A stretch of DNA of 50,693 nucleotides from positions 79,867,030 to 79,917,722 of the forward strand of contig NC_057719.1 of NCBI RefSeq assembly GCF_004010195.1, given 5' to 3'. Below the pieces are notes generated by a model. The model had not been told where the DNA came from and did no database searches. It saw nothing but the letters and a program-made list of their open reading frames with translations. Shown piece by piece: positions 11,854-24,600 of the stretch; position 1 is the stretch's first letter, and every line of letters starts with the position of its first letter. A program made the translations under genes and the position numbers. This DNA comes from Chiloscyllium plagiosum. Lineage: Eukaryota.

Positions 11854-12469
11854 CTCTCTCTTTTGTCCTTGTGACTTCTGCAGTGCAGTTCAGTAAAGCA
11901 GGTCTCACCACCACCTTCTCAAGGGCAACCAGGGATTGGCAATAACTGCTGGCCCAGCCAGCGACAGCCACATCCTGTGAATGAATGAGGAATTAAAACT
12001 TGAAAATAGCTAAGGCAGATGTTAGAACAAATTAAATCTTGAGCAATCCATCCAAAATGCCGAAGGACCTGGAAGCATGTGAATACTTTGTTCTGTTGCT
12101 CGATGTGTGGTTAGATTGCATATTGTAATGACGAATAAAGACGGCAATAATAATTCAGAGGAGCAAACTCCGAGGAGGAAAATGTAGGTGGTTGGTTGGT
12201 GGGGGTGGGGGCTGGGGATTAAATGAAAAGTCCAAGGAGAAAATGAAATCAGACAAAAAGGGATTTGTTTTGGAGGTGTACTGAGGGATGTGTCAAGGGG
12301 TATGAGCAAGGTTGAAGGCCCACTGCATTAGCGCTGTGTTTGTGTCTGAATTCTTCATGCTGTTTCCCATCTCTTCCTTTACCTTCCACCAGCCCTACAA
12401 CTCCACAAGAACATGGTGTTCCTCCAATTCCGGTCTTGTGCATTCCCAATGATCTTAACTCTACCATTG

Positions 12470-13130
12470 GCCACCTCTCATTCCCCTAAACTCCAATGAG
12501 TATTGACCCAGTCTGCTTCATCTTTCATGGAAACAAATTCCTCATCCCAAGAATCAGCTGATGCTTTGAACTGCTTCCAATGCCAATATATTTCTCCTCG
12601 AGTGAGGAGACCAGAAGTCTACACAGTGCTCCGTATGAAGTCTTAGCAATGTCCTGTACAGCTGTAGCAAGGCTGCCATTCCTTTATACTCCATTCGCCT
12701 TCGAATAAAGCCCAAGATTCCAATTGCATTCGCTATTTACTTGCTGTACCTGCACGCTAACACTTTGTGATTTGTCAAAAAGGACACTCAGCTCACACTG
12801 TGCTGCAGCATCGCTCCATTATAACGTGCTGCTTTTCTAATCCTCTTTCCTAAGTGGACACTCTTTCCCACATTATACTCCATCTGCCAGTCTATATCCT
12901 TTTGCTGACTGTTCTTATCAAGCAAATTATAACTGATGCATCTGCAACTCTGCAACCACTTCATTCAGTCCAGGGGTACAGCTCATCAGGTCCAGGGGAT
13001 TTGTTGGTCTTTAGTCCGGTTAGTTTATCTGGTCAATTTTCTCCAGCGATTGTGGTTCTTTCCCCTTCATTTTTGCGCCTTGATTTTCTACCATTCTTGG
13101 GATTTTTAATGTGTCTTCTGCTCTAAAAAC
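12470..13130 (-). mobile_element. Heavily decayed CR1 LINE fragments
   Basis: ggagaccagaagtctacacagtgctcc and catcaggtccaggggattt (KSPGPD) are reverse-complement CR1 ORF2 motifs. Confidence 0.6.
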
Positions 13131-13154
13131 AGACACAAGGTATTAGCTTGAATA

Positions 13155-13996
13155 GGTAGATTGGGGAGTTGGGCAGAGAGATGGCAGATGGAGTTCAATC
13201 TGGACAAATGCGAAGTGATGCATTTTGGAAGATGCAATTCCAGAGTGAACTATACAGTAAATGGAAAGGTCCTGGGGAAAATTGGCATACAGAGAGATCT
13301 GGGTGTTCAGGTCCATTGTTTCCTGAAGGTGGCAACGCAGGTCAGTAGAGTGGTTAAGAAGGCACACAGCATGCTTTCCTTCATTGAACGGGGTTTTGAG
13401 TACAACAGTTGGCAGGTCGTGTTACGGTTGTATAAGACTTTGGTTCAGCCACATTTGGAATACTGCATACAGGTCTGGTCGCCACATTACCAAAAAGCTT
13501 TGGAGAGGGTGCATTGGAGGTTCACCGGGATGCTGTCTGGTATGGAGGGTGGTAGCTATGAGGAGAGATTAAGTAGATTAGGATTATTTTCATTGGAAAG
13601 AAGGCGGTTGGTTTGGGGGGGGGAAACAGGATCTGATTGAGGCCTACAAAACCATGAGAGGTGTCGACAGGGTGGATAGCAAGAAACTTTTTTCCCAGAG
13701 TGGAGGACTCAATTACTAGGGGTCACGAGTTCAAAGTGAGAAGGGAAAAGTTTTGGGGAGATATATGTGGAAAGGTCTTCATGCAGAGGGTGGTGGGTGC
13801 CTGGAATGCGCAGCCAGCAGAGATGGTAGGGGCAGGAACGATAAAGTCATTTAAGATGTATCTAGACAGATACATGAATGGGCAGGGAGCAGAGGGAGAC
13901 TAGATGGCAGATTTAAATAGAGGATCTGGATCAGCGCAGGCTTGGAGGGCTGAAGGGCCTGTTCCTGTTTTGTAATGTTCTTTGTTCTTTGTTCTT
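13155..13996 (+). mobile_element. CR1 LINE 3' fragment (RT C-terminal region plus tail)
   Basis: WAERWQMEFNLDKCEVMHFG..RDLGVQVH..LYKTLVQPHLEYCIQVWSPHY..SYEERLSRLGLFSLERRRL. (TTTGTTC)n tail. Confidence 0.92.
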
Positions 13997-14494
13997 GAAG
14001 TTCAGTTCCTTGTTTCCCATTACTGTATTAATTCTGCAATTTCATCATCTAAGAGACCAATGCTTATTTAGCTACTCTCTTCCTTTTTAGATGCTTGCAC
14101 AAGTTTTTACAGTCAACATTTACATGTTTCTATTTATATAATGTTAGTATTCTTTCATAGTCCAATTTTTCTCTCCACTTAAAAAAAATTATTTAAAGGT
14201 TTCTAAAGTATCCCCAAAGTTCTGAGCTTCTGCTAATGTTTGCATCATTATTATATCTTTTCTTTCAATTTGATACCATTTTTAACTTAATAAATTAGTC
14301 ACATATTGGTGCAAGCTTCTCATAATATCTTTATTTCTCAAAAGAAAGTTTATAAATATTTCCTTAAATATCTGCCACTGTTCCTTTTCCATATTTCCTT
14401 TAACTTAGCTTCCTAATGCACTGTAACCAGTTCCATTTTCCTACCTTTGCAATTGCCTTCATTTCAGCGTGAAACAGGTGTTTTAAACTCAACT

Positions 14495-15850
14495 AGACTC
14501 AAAGAGCTGCACAGCACGGAAACACACCCTTCGGTCCAACTTGTCCATGCCGACCAGATATCCTAAATTAATCTAGTCCCATTTGCCAGCATTTGGCCCT
14601 TATCCCTCCAAACCCTTCCTATTCATATACTTTTAAATGTTGTAATTGTATCAGGCTCCAACACCTCCTCTGGCAACTCATTCCATACACGCACCATCCT
14701 CTGTGAGAAAAGGTTGCCCCTTAAGTCTCTTCTAAATCTTTCCCCTCTCACCTTAAACTTATGACCTGTAGTTTTGGACTCCCCCCAATCTTGGGGGGAA
14801 AGACCTTGTCTATTTACTCTATCCATGCTTCTTATGATTTTATAAACCTCTATAAGATCACCTCTCAGCCTCCAACCCTCCAAGAAAAATACCCCAGTCT
14901 ATTCAGCCTCTCCCTATAGCTCAAACCCTCCAAACCCCGGCAACATTCTTGTAAATCTTTTCTGAACCCTTTCAAGTTTCACAACATCCTTCCGATAGGA
15001 GGGAGACCAGAATTGAATGCAGTATTCCAAAAGTGGACTAACCAATGTCCTGTTTGGCTGCAACATGATGTGGCATTCCTATACGCAATGCACTGTCTCA
15101 CAAAGGCAAGCATACCATACACCTTTTTCACTATCCTGTCTACCTGCGACTTCACTTTCAAGGAACTATGAACCAATGTCTCTTTTTTCAGCACATTCCC
15201 CAGGACCTTACCATTAAATATATGAATCCTGCTCTGATTTGCCTTTCCAAAATGCAAAACCTCACATTTACCTAAATTAAACGCCATCTACCACTCCTCG
15301 GACTATTGGCATATCTGATCAAGATCCTATTATAATCCGAGGTAACTTTATTCGCTGTCCACTGCACCTTCAATTTTGGTGTCATCTGCAAACTTACTAA
15401 TCATCCCTCCAATGTTCACATCCAATCAATTATAGAGATGACAAAAAGCAATGGACCCAGCACTAATCCTTGTGGCACACCACTGGTCACAGGCCTCCAG
15501 TCTAAAAAGCAACCCTCCACCATCACCCCCTGTCTCCTACTTTTGAGCCAGTTCTGTGTCCAAAGGCTTGTTGTTCCAGTATTCTATGGGATCTAACCTT
15601 GTTAACCAATCTACCATGCAGAATCATGTTGAATGCCTTACTAAAGTCCTTATAGATCACGTCTACCGCTCTGCCCTCATCAATCCTCTTTGATAATTCT
15701 TCAAAAACTCAATCAAGTTAGTGAGACACAATTTCCCACATTCAAAGCCATGTTGACTAGCCCTAATTGGACCTTGCCTTTCCAAATACATGTAAGTCCT
15801 GTCCCTCAGGATCCCATCCAACAACTTGTTCACTACTGATGTCGGGCTCA
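14495..15850 (-). pseudogene. CR1 LINE ORF2 remnant (RT to 3' end), frameshifted
   Basis: SQHGF..CLTNLIEF, FNLGKCEVLHFGK and RLRGDLIEVYKII..WNELPEEV in successive frames. Confidence 0.9.
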
Positions 15851-16338
15851 AATCTTTCACCCTCAAATGGAATGTAAAATTCTGTCATGTTAAGATCACT
15901 GTTCCCCGGTGAATCTTTTACAATGGGGTCAGCAATTAATCCTATCTCATTGCACATTAACAAATATTAATTGCCATTTTGGTTCCAAAATGTTTTGTTC
16001 CAAGAAATTGTCCTGAATATATTTCATTAACTTATCCTCCAGGCTGACTTACAAATTTGATTCATCCATTCTATATGAAGATTAAAATTTCCTACAGTTT
16101 TTGCAATACCTTTCTTATAAGCCCCAATCATTTATTTAAATTAATTCCTACAGTGTAGCTATTGTCATTTGGACTTATAAACCTCAACCACACTAGTGAC
16201 TAATTTCCATTGCTATCTTTACCTCCACCCAATCTGACTCTGCATCTTGGTCCTCCAAACCAAAATCATTTCTCACTATGGTAATATTCTCATTCTTTAC
16301 CAACAAGACCTCTCCACCTGCATTTCCTCACTTTCTTA

Positions 16339-16546
16339 GAGGAGAAAGTGAGGTCTGCAGATGCTGGAGATCAGAGCTGAAAATGTGTTGCTGGAAAAGC
16401 GCAGCAGGTCAGGCAGCATCCAGGGAACAGGAGAATCGACGTTTCGGGCATAAGCCTTCTTCAGGAATTATGCCCGAAACGTCGATTCTCCTGTTCCCTG
16501 GATGCTGCCTGACCTGCTGCGCTTTTCCAGCAACACATTTTCAGCT
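16339..16546. mobile_element. ORF-less fold-back PLE mini-element with perfect 79-bp inverted arms
   Basis: Arms 16375-16453 and 16468-16546 are exact reverse complements with a 14-nt spacer. Minus-strand hammerhead CTGAAGA-AGGCTTATGCCC-GAAA-CGTC at 16438-16464. Near-TSD tttcctca(c/t)tttct at 16323-16336 and 16546-16559. Confidence 0.9.
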
Positions 16547-17139
16547 TTCCTCATTTTCTGTCCATCCAAAACGATAAATACCCTTGATTATTCAAATTTC
16601 GGCCATAGTCATGATGTAATGGCTATTGTTTCACATACATTCATTTCAATTTGTGCTATCAATGCACCAATCTTGTTGCAAAATATTGTGCATTCAAGTA
16701 AAGAGCCATTAATTCTATCTTTTCACCATAGTTCCTTTATCTGACCTTATTTGATGGTACGTTGCCCACTCTGTCCCTTCCTGTCATGCTCGGTTATTTC
16801 ATTACTCACATTGTTACCCTGCACTACTGCCTTGTCCTGTCTATATAAATGCAAGCTGTTGTTGATAACATAAGTTTGACTCTGTTTCATAACTCACAGT
16901 TTTACTTATCGCCTGTGCAGCCATCAGAGTAAATACAAAGCAGATGGAGGACTGTGTGGGGAGAATGAAGTCAGTGAGAGAAACAGGATGAAGAACAGTG
17001 TTGTGGGAATCAGATAGAGATGAACAGAAAGAAACCTGGAATGCGGATGGAAAAATCTGATAAGGACCACAAGTGTTGGCAATTGACATGGAATTATATA
17101 GAAATTGACAGTATCAAAACAGATTACTGTACATATCTG

Positions 17140-17300
17140 TGAGTCTAAGTCTGATAGCATTTGCGGAGAGAGAAGCAGGGTTAATGTTTCAAGTCCAATG
17201 TAACACTGAAAAAGAATCTTATTAGATGAGCAATATGAACTCTGTTTTTCTCTCTCTACAGATGCTACCAGATCTGCTGACATTCTCTGCTTTTGTTGCA
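17140..17300. mobile_element. Old degenerate fold-back PLE-derived element
   Basis: gtctgatagcatttgcggagagagaagcagggttaatgtttc is an imperfect inverse of aactctgtttttctctctctacagatgctaccagatc. Related to 19700-19800. Confidence 0.6.
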
Positions 17301-17336
17301 GGATCACACCTTGAAGTTGTCCTCCCCTCTGACTAG

Positions 17337-19067
17337 AGACAGGAGTGTGGTGCTGGAAAAGCACAGCAGGTCAGGGAGCATCCAAGAAGCAGGGGAAATC
17401 AATGTTTTGGGCAAAAGCCCTTCATCAGCAATGAGGTTTGTGAGGCAAGGGGGTGGAGAGATAAATGGGACAGGGGTGGGGCTGGGGGGAAGGTAGCTGG
17501 GAGTGCAATAGGTTGATGGAGGTGGGGTAATGGTGATAGGTCAAAGGGGAGGGTGGAGTGGATAAGTGGGAAGGAAGATGGGCAGGTAGGACAGGTCATG
17601 AGGTCGGTGCCATGTTGGGAGGTTGGATCTGGAATAAGGTGGGGGAGGGAAAATGAGGAAAGTGGTGAAATCCACATTGATGCCGTGGGGTTGGAGGGTC
17701 CCAAGGCAGACACTGAGGCGTTCTTCCTCCAGGCATCGGGTGGTTAGGATGTGGTGATGGAAGAAGCTTGGGACCTGTGCAGTTGGAAGGGTGGGGTTCG
17801 AGGGCGGAGGTGCTGGAAGTGGATGAGATATTCTGGAGGGCATCATCGACTATGTGAGAGGAAAAATTGCATTCTTTGAAGAAGAAGGCCATCTGGTGTG
17901 TTCTGTGGTGGAACTGGTCCTTGTAGGAGCGGATGTGGCAGAGGCAGAGGAACTGGGAATAAGGGATAGTGTTTTTATAGGAGGCAGGGTGGGAGGAGGT
18001 GTAGTTCAGGTAGCTGTGTCAGTCAGTGGCTTTGTAGAAGACGTCCATGTTAAGTCGGTCACCGTTGATGGAGATGGAGAGGTGCAGGAAGGGAAGGGAG
18101 GTGTCTGAGATGGTCCAAGTGAACTTAAGGTCTGGGTGGAAGGTGTTGGTGAAGTTGATGAACTGTTCAACCTCCTCATGGGAGCACGAGGTGGCGACGA
18201 TACAGTCATCAATATAGTGGAGGAAAAGGTGGGGAATGGTGCCGGTGTAAATGCGGAATATGGACTGTTGCATATAACAGACAAAGAGACAGGCATAGCT
18301 GGGGCCCTTGTGGGTGCCCATGGCGACCCCTTTCATCTGGAGGAAGTGGGAGGATTCAAAGGAGAAATTATTGAGGGTGAGGACCAGTTCAGCCAAACGA
18401 ATGAGAGTGTCAGTGGAAGGGTACTGGGGGGGATGCCGGGAGGGGAAGAAATCGAGGGCTTGGAGTCCTGGTCATGACGGATGGAGGTGTAGAGGGACTG
18501 GATGTCCATGGTGAAGATGAGGCATTGGGGGCCAGGGAAACTGAAGTCCTGGAGGAGGTGGAGGCCTTGGGTGGTGTCCTGAACGTAGGTGGGGAGCTCC
18601 TGGATTGGAGGGATAGAGCGTTGACAAGACGTTCGATGGGGCAGGAGCAGGCCGAGATGATGGGTCGGCCGGGGCAGTCAGGCTTGTGAATCTTGGGTAG
18701 GAGGTAGAACTGGATGGTGCGAGGTTCCCGAACTATGAGGTTGGAAGCTGTGGATGGGAGCTCCCCTGAGGTGATGAGGTTGTGTACCTTCTGGGAGATG
18801 ATGGTTTGGTGATGGGAGGGTGAAGTCATGGTCGAGGGGGCGGTAGGAGGTATCTTTGAGTTGGCGTTTGGCTTCAGCGGTGTAGAGGTCAGTGCGCCAA
18901 ACTATCATTGCACCCCCTTTGTCCACTGGTTTGATGGTGAGGTTGGGATTGGGGCAGAGGGAGTGGAGGGCTGCGCATTGTGAGGTGAAAGGTTGGAGTG
19001 GGTGAGGGGGGTGGACAGGTTGAAGTGGCCAATATCCCAGGGGCAGTTTGAAATGAAGAGATCAGAG
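17337..19067 (-). mobile_element. Penelope-like element with RT remnant, internal deletions and TSD
   Basis: DKGGAMIVW, FYLLPKIHKPDCPGRPIIS, LTLNNFSFESSHFLQMKGVAMGT..PSYA..YIDD, GTLQPHGIN. TSD ctcccct(c/t)tga(c/t)tag at 17322-17336 and 19068-19082. Hammerhead at about 17402-17428 has GAAA mutated. Confidence 0.93.
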
Positions 19068-19199
19068 CTCCCCTTTGATTAGTCCTACCAATCCAGGCCG
19101 AGATCCACTTCCTTGGTTGGATGCTGATGCAGCCTGATCCTGGTCTCACAAATAAGATAATACTGGCAGTTCTTTGCAAATTGCTTCCAAATAAGTGAT

Positions 19200-19600
19200 T
19201 AAGCGGTGAAAGAAAGACATTGTCCCCAGCGAACAATGTTAGACACCATATATTTTCCAAGCTTTCGGACTGTAACATGGAATGGAAGTTGGGCTGCTTT
19301 AATTGAAAAACGGGACGGTTTTGCCACTTGGGAAAACACTTGTTGCATATTGTTGAGCTGTGCAACACTATGTCGCTTCTTGGAAGCAAAAAGAGGAGGT
19401 AAATCAAAACTTAACAGTATTGCCGAGCTTTCGTTTTGAGAAACTTCCGCCTAGCAACAGCTCTCTGATTGGTTGAGCTGCGAAAGGTTTTATTTAAAAC
19501 AATAGCTGTTCGCGCCAAGAGCAGCAGAAAGAGTGATAACATCCAAAGCTTGCAAATAGCAGTCCCCCTTCCTCCACTGTGTGGTGGTGATGGTAGAGAC
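19200..19600. promoter_or_regulatory. CpG-retaining unique segment with ETS/RFX/CCAAT-like motifs
   Basis: acttccgcctagcaac (about 19443-19458) followed by ctgattgg (about 19465-19472). Visibly more CpG than the flanks. Confidence 0.3.
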
Positions 19601-19699
19601 TGCAAAGCTCAGAAAGCTTAAAAGAGATAATTCCCACAAGATAATTGTCAAGTGCCTGATCAATCATCAAATCGAAGGACAGCTCTCATCAGAAGCACA

Positions 19700-19800
19700 G
19701 TCAGAAATTTGCTGGGGGGACAAAAAACTCAGCAGGTCTGGCAGCATCTGTGCAGAGAAAGCAGAGTTAACGTTTCGAGACCAGTGACCCTTCTCAGAAC
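19700..19800 (-). mobile_element. PLE terminus fragment with degenerate hammerhead
   Basis: Minus strand reads CTGA-GAAGGGTCACTGGTCTC-GAAA-CGTTAAC, with one base lost in the CTGANGA box. Confidence 0.65.
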
Positions 19801-19899
19801 AGATTTTTGCTCGGAAGAGGTTGCTATCTATGCTGAAGCTGACCCTGGGGGAGAGAGCAGCCAATGTCTTTAAGAGTTGGTGCTCGGCCTTACCTTCTG

Positions 19900-19991
19900 G
19901 TTGAAAATGTGTTGCTGGAAAAACGCAGCAGGTCAGGCAGCATCCAAGGAGCAGGAGAATCGCCGTTTCGGGCATGAGCCCTTCTTCAGGA
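19900..19991 (-). mobile_element. Solo PLE terminus (family of 16339-16546) with hammerhead motif
   Basis: Closely matches 16378-16466. Minus strand CTGAAGA-AGGGCTCATGCCC-GAAA-CGGC (cleavage triplet mutated). Confidence 0.85.
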
Positions 19992-21424
19992 GGTTTGCTA
20001 ACAAGATCAGGGTTGGATCTGAGAGAATGGGAATGCCGCAACTTCGGAGAGAGGCAGGTTAGAGTGGAGGAATTAATGCAACCAGTATCAGGTCAGCAAT
20101 TCTCAATGAAGAGAGTCAAATGCAGGTAAAATGACAGGGGGAGGAGTTCAGGTGGATGCTGTGTATTTGAGATTGTGCTTCTGACTGGTTGCAGTTCTAA
20201 CGGTGGCCACAAGAGGCACTGATGGGACCGCAGACCTCGCAACTCTGGATTGGCCAGCCCGTGGGGTTGGGATCACGTCCATTCAAGGGACATGAGACCT
20301 AACAGCGTTTTCCATCATGTCTTTTTGTTTTTTAAATTTCAGATTTCTTGCATATGCAGTATTTTGCTTTTATTACACAATTGCCATTGATTATTCACAT
20401 ATCCAGGATTGGCTGTACGTTGGGTTGATAAGGACTTTACCTGGGATGAAAGAAGGAGCTTGGATTTATATAGCACCTTCCATGAGGCCTCAAAGGCCCT
20501 TACAGCCGATTAAGCAGCTTTTGTGATGTAAGAAATTTTTTTTAAAAATCTATTTACAAACACAATCAGGGAAAACTCCCTTTTTAAAGCAGAATTCTAA
20601 TGGGAAAAGCGAAAATAAACAAAACCTTACACTTAAGATGTCTCCATGACCTCAGGATCTCCTGAAGTGCTTTATAAGCCAATATAAGACATTTGAAGTC
20701 CGGTCACTCTTTTATAGGACACACTGTAGCAAATACGCACCACAAACAGCTACAAACAGTAAGGTGAAAAATAATCGTCTTTACAATAATTGTGATGCTT
20801 GGCAATGGAAAAATATTGCACATTATTCAAAAGAAAATAGCCCTCTTGTCCATTAAAATTGTACATTGCCTCATTTGCCTGAGAAACAGAAAAGGCCTCT
20901 GTTTTAATCTAGTACAACACTACCTGTACGTTATCCTTTGAACTAATTAACCATATTGATTTCAGCAGTCATTGCCCTATCGTAGAGATGACATAAGTAT
21001 GGCAAGCTAGAAGTCACATTGAAATAGATACTGCCCCAAATACAAAACCTTTTTCTTGGAAAAAGGTATGCATGCATCATCATTTACATTTTCAGTTACC
21101 AACAATGCACATATCTATTTTCTTGCTTTAGCAGTTCATCATTCTTGTCAGTCTCTGTATTAGCCTTCCATACATGGTCTTCAACTTGATGCCAGTCTCT
21201 TAATGGCACAAATATGCAATGTTGTAGGCTGTTCATTTGGGGGATGTTCCATCGTGGGGTGTGTCATTTCCTTGTTGTTTGTCATTGTCATAGTACATCT
21301 TATTGTTCTGTTGGGGTGCTATGGACACCTGGGACTGATGGTTGATTTGTGTCTGCGTTGATGAAGAGTTAACTCCTTACCGATCAGACAACTTGCAGTT
21401 GAGGAACAACTGTTCCAGTTGCAT

Positions 21425-21655
21425 TGTTTTTGTTCTTACATGGGACATGGATGTTGCTGGCTGTACCAGCATTTATTGCTCATCCCTAATTGTCCTTGAG
21501 AAGGTGGTGCTGAGCTGACCTCTTGAACTGCTGTCGTCCACTTGCTGCAGGCATACCCACAATGTTGCTAAGGGGTAAGTTCCAGGATGTTGACCCAGTG
21601 ACACTGAAGAAACAGTGATACATTTCCAAGTCAGGATGATGAGTGCTTGGAGATG
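21425..21655 (-). mobile_element. L2-like LINE 3' tail
   Basis: ccagcatttattgctcatccctaattgtccttgagaaggtggtg. The same tail occurs on the plus strand at about 11880-11990. Confidence 0.6.
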
Positions 21656-24600
21656 GTAGTAGAACGTAAAATATGGAACAGTACAGCACAGTACAGCCGC
21701 TTTGTTGTGCCAGCCTCTTATCCTACTCGAAGATCAGAATAACCTACATACCCTTCATTGTACTATCATCCATGTGCCTATCCAAGAATGGCTTAAATGT
21801 CCCTAATTTATCTGACTCTACTACCACTGCCGGCAGTGCACTCCACACACTCACCACTCCCTCTGTAAACAACCCATCTCTGACATCACCCCTAAACCTT
21901 CCTCCAACCACCTTAAAATTATGCCCTCTCATGATAGGCATTTCTGCCATGGGAAAAAGTCTCTGGCTATCCACTCTATCTATGCCACCCAATATCTTGT
22001 ACACCTCTATCAAGTCACCTCTCATCCTTCTTCACTCCAATGAGACATAGGACTTATACACTTAATGGTAAGGTCCTAGGGAGTGTTGCTGAACAAAGAG
22101 GCCTTGGAGTGCAGGTTCATAGTTGCTTGAAAGTAGAGTAGCAGGTAGAGAGGATAGTTAAAAGGGTGTTTGGTATGCTTTCCTTTATTGGTCAGAGGTT
22201 TGGATATAGGAGTTGGGAGGTCATGTTGAGGCTGTACAGGATGTTGGTTAGGCCACTTGTGGATTATTACATGCAATTCTGATCTCCTTCCTATCGGAAG
22301 GATGTTGTGAAACTTGAAAGGGTTCAGAAAAGATTTACAAGGATGTTGCCAGGGTTGGCGGATTTCAGGTATAGGGAGAGGCTGAACAGGCTGGGGCTGT
22401 TTTTCCCTGGAGCATCGGAGGCTGAGGGATGATCTTATAGAAGTTTATGAAATCATGAGGGGCATGGATAGGATAAATAGACAAAGTCTTTTCACTGGGG
22501 TGGGGGAGTCCAGAACTAGAGGGCATAGGTTTAGGGTGAGAGGGGAAAGATATAAAAGAGACCTAAGGGGCAACATTTTCATGCAGTGCATGTTGCATTT
22601 ATGGAATAAGCTGTCAGAGGCGGCTAATACAATTGGAGCATTTAAAAGGCATCTGGACGGGTATATGAATATGAAGAATTTAGAGGCATATGGGCCAAGT
22701 GCTGGCAAATAGGACTAGATTAGGATAGGATATCTGGTCGGCATGGACGAGTGCTGTACATCTCTATGACTCTATAACATGCCCTCCAGTCCAGGGGGCA
22801 TCCTGGTAAATCTCCTCTGCACCCTCTCTAAAGCTTCCACATCTTTCCTATAATGAGGTGACCAGAACTGAACACAATATTCCAATTGTGGTCAAACTAG
22901 GGCTTTATAGAGCTGCAGCATAACCTCACGGCTCTTAAACTCAATCCCCCTGCAAATGAAAGCCAACACACCATATACCTTCTTAAAAACTCTTATCAAT
23001 CTGGGTAGCAGGTTTGAGGGATCTATGGACCTGGACCCCAAGAACCCTCTGTTCCTCCACACTGCCAAGAATCCTGCCTTTGACACTGTAATCTGCTATC
23101 AAATTTGACATTCCAAAGTAAATGACTTCACACGTTTCCAGGTTTGAACTCCATCTGCCACTTATCAGCCCAACTCTGCATCCTGTCAATGTCTCATTGC
23201 AGCCTACGACAGCCCTCCACACTATCCACCACTCCACCAGCCTTCTTGTCATCAGCAAACTTACTAACCCACCCTTCCACTTCCTTATCCAAGTCATTTA
23301 TAAAAACTACAAAGAACAGAGGTCCTAGAACTGATCCCTGCGGAACACCACTGGTCACCAAGCTTCAGGCTGAATACTTTCCATTTACCACCACCCTCTG
23401 TGTTCTATGAGCTAGCCAATTCTGTATCCAGACAGACAGGTTTCCCTGTGTCCCATGCCTCCTTTCTTTCTGAATGAGCCTATCATGGGGAACCTTATCA
23501 AACGCCTTGATTAAATGCATGTACACCACATCTACTGCTCTACCTTCATCAATGTCTTTTGTCACATCCTCAAATAATTCAGTAAGGTTTGTGAGCCATG
23601 ACCTGCCCCTCACAAAGCCATGTTGATTATCTCTAATCAAACTATGGTTTTCCAAGTAATCATTAAACCTGTCTCTCAGAATCCTCTCGAATACTTTGCC
23701 CCCATTGACATAAGACTGATTGCTCTGTACTTCCCAGGATTATCCCAATTCCCTTTCTTGAACAAGGGAATAACATTTGCCATCCTCCAATCATCTGGCA
23801 CTACTTCAGTGGACAGTGAGGACGCAAAGATCATCGCCAAAGGCACAGCAATCTCTTCCCTCACTTCCTGTAGAAATCTTGGGTAAATCCTGTCTGGCCC
23901 AGAGGACTTATCTACCCTTATGTTTATCAAAATTTTCAGCACATCCTCCTTCCTAACATCAATCTGTTCTAGCATATCACTCTGTTTCACGCTGTCCTCA
24001 GAAATGTCAAAGTCCCTCTCAGTAGTGAATATTGAAGCAAAGTATTCATTAAGGACCTCCCCTCCTTCCTCCGAGTCCAGGCGCAAGTTCCCTCCACTAT
24101 CCCTGATCAGCCCTACCCTCACTCTGACCATCCTCTTGTTCCTCACATAAGTGTAGAACACCTTGGGGCTTTCCTTAATCCTAACTGCTAAAGCTTTTTC
24201 AAGCCCCCTTCTAGCTCTCCTAAGTCCATTCTTAAGTTCCTTTCTGGCTACCTTGTAACCCTCTAAAGCTCTGTCTGATCCTTGCCTCCTCAACCTGAAG
24301 TAAACTTCCTTCTTCCTATTGACTAGATCCCTTGTCACCCAAGGTTCCTTCACCCTACCATCCCTTCCTTGCCTCAGTGGGACAAACCTGTCAGTGGGAC
24401 AAACCTGTCCAGAACTATCAGCAAGTGCTTCCTAAACAACCTCCACACTTCTGTCACGTATTTCCCTGAGAATATCTGTTCCCAATTTAGGCGTCCCAGT
24501 TCCTGCCAAATAGCATTGTAATTCCCCCTTCCCCCAATTAAATACTTTCCCATACCATCTGCTCCTATCCCTCTCCATGAATAAAGTAAAGGTCAGGGAG

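Noticed and set aside
11148..11896. Pro/His-rich or Gly/Val/Glu-rich ORFs (also 17854-18689)
   Set aside because: Alternative and antisense frames of the PLE coding sequence.
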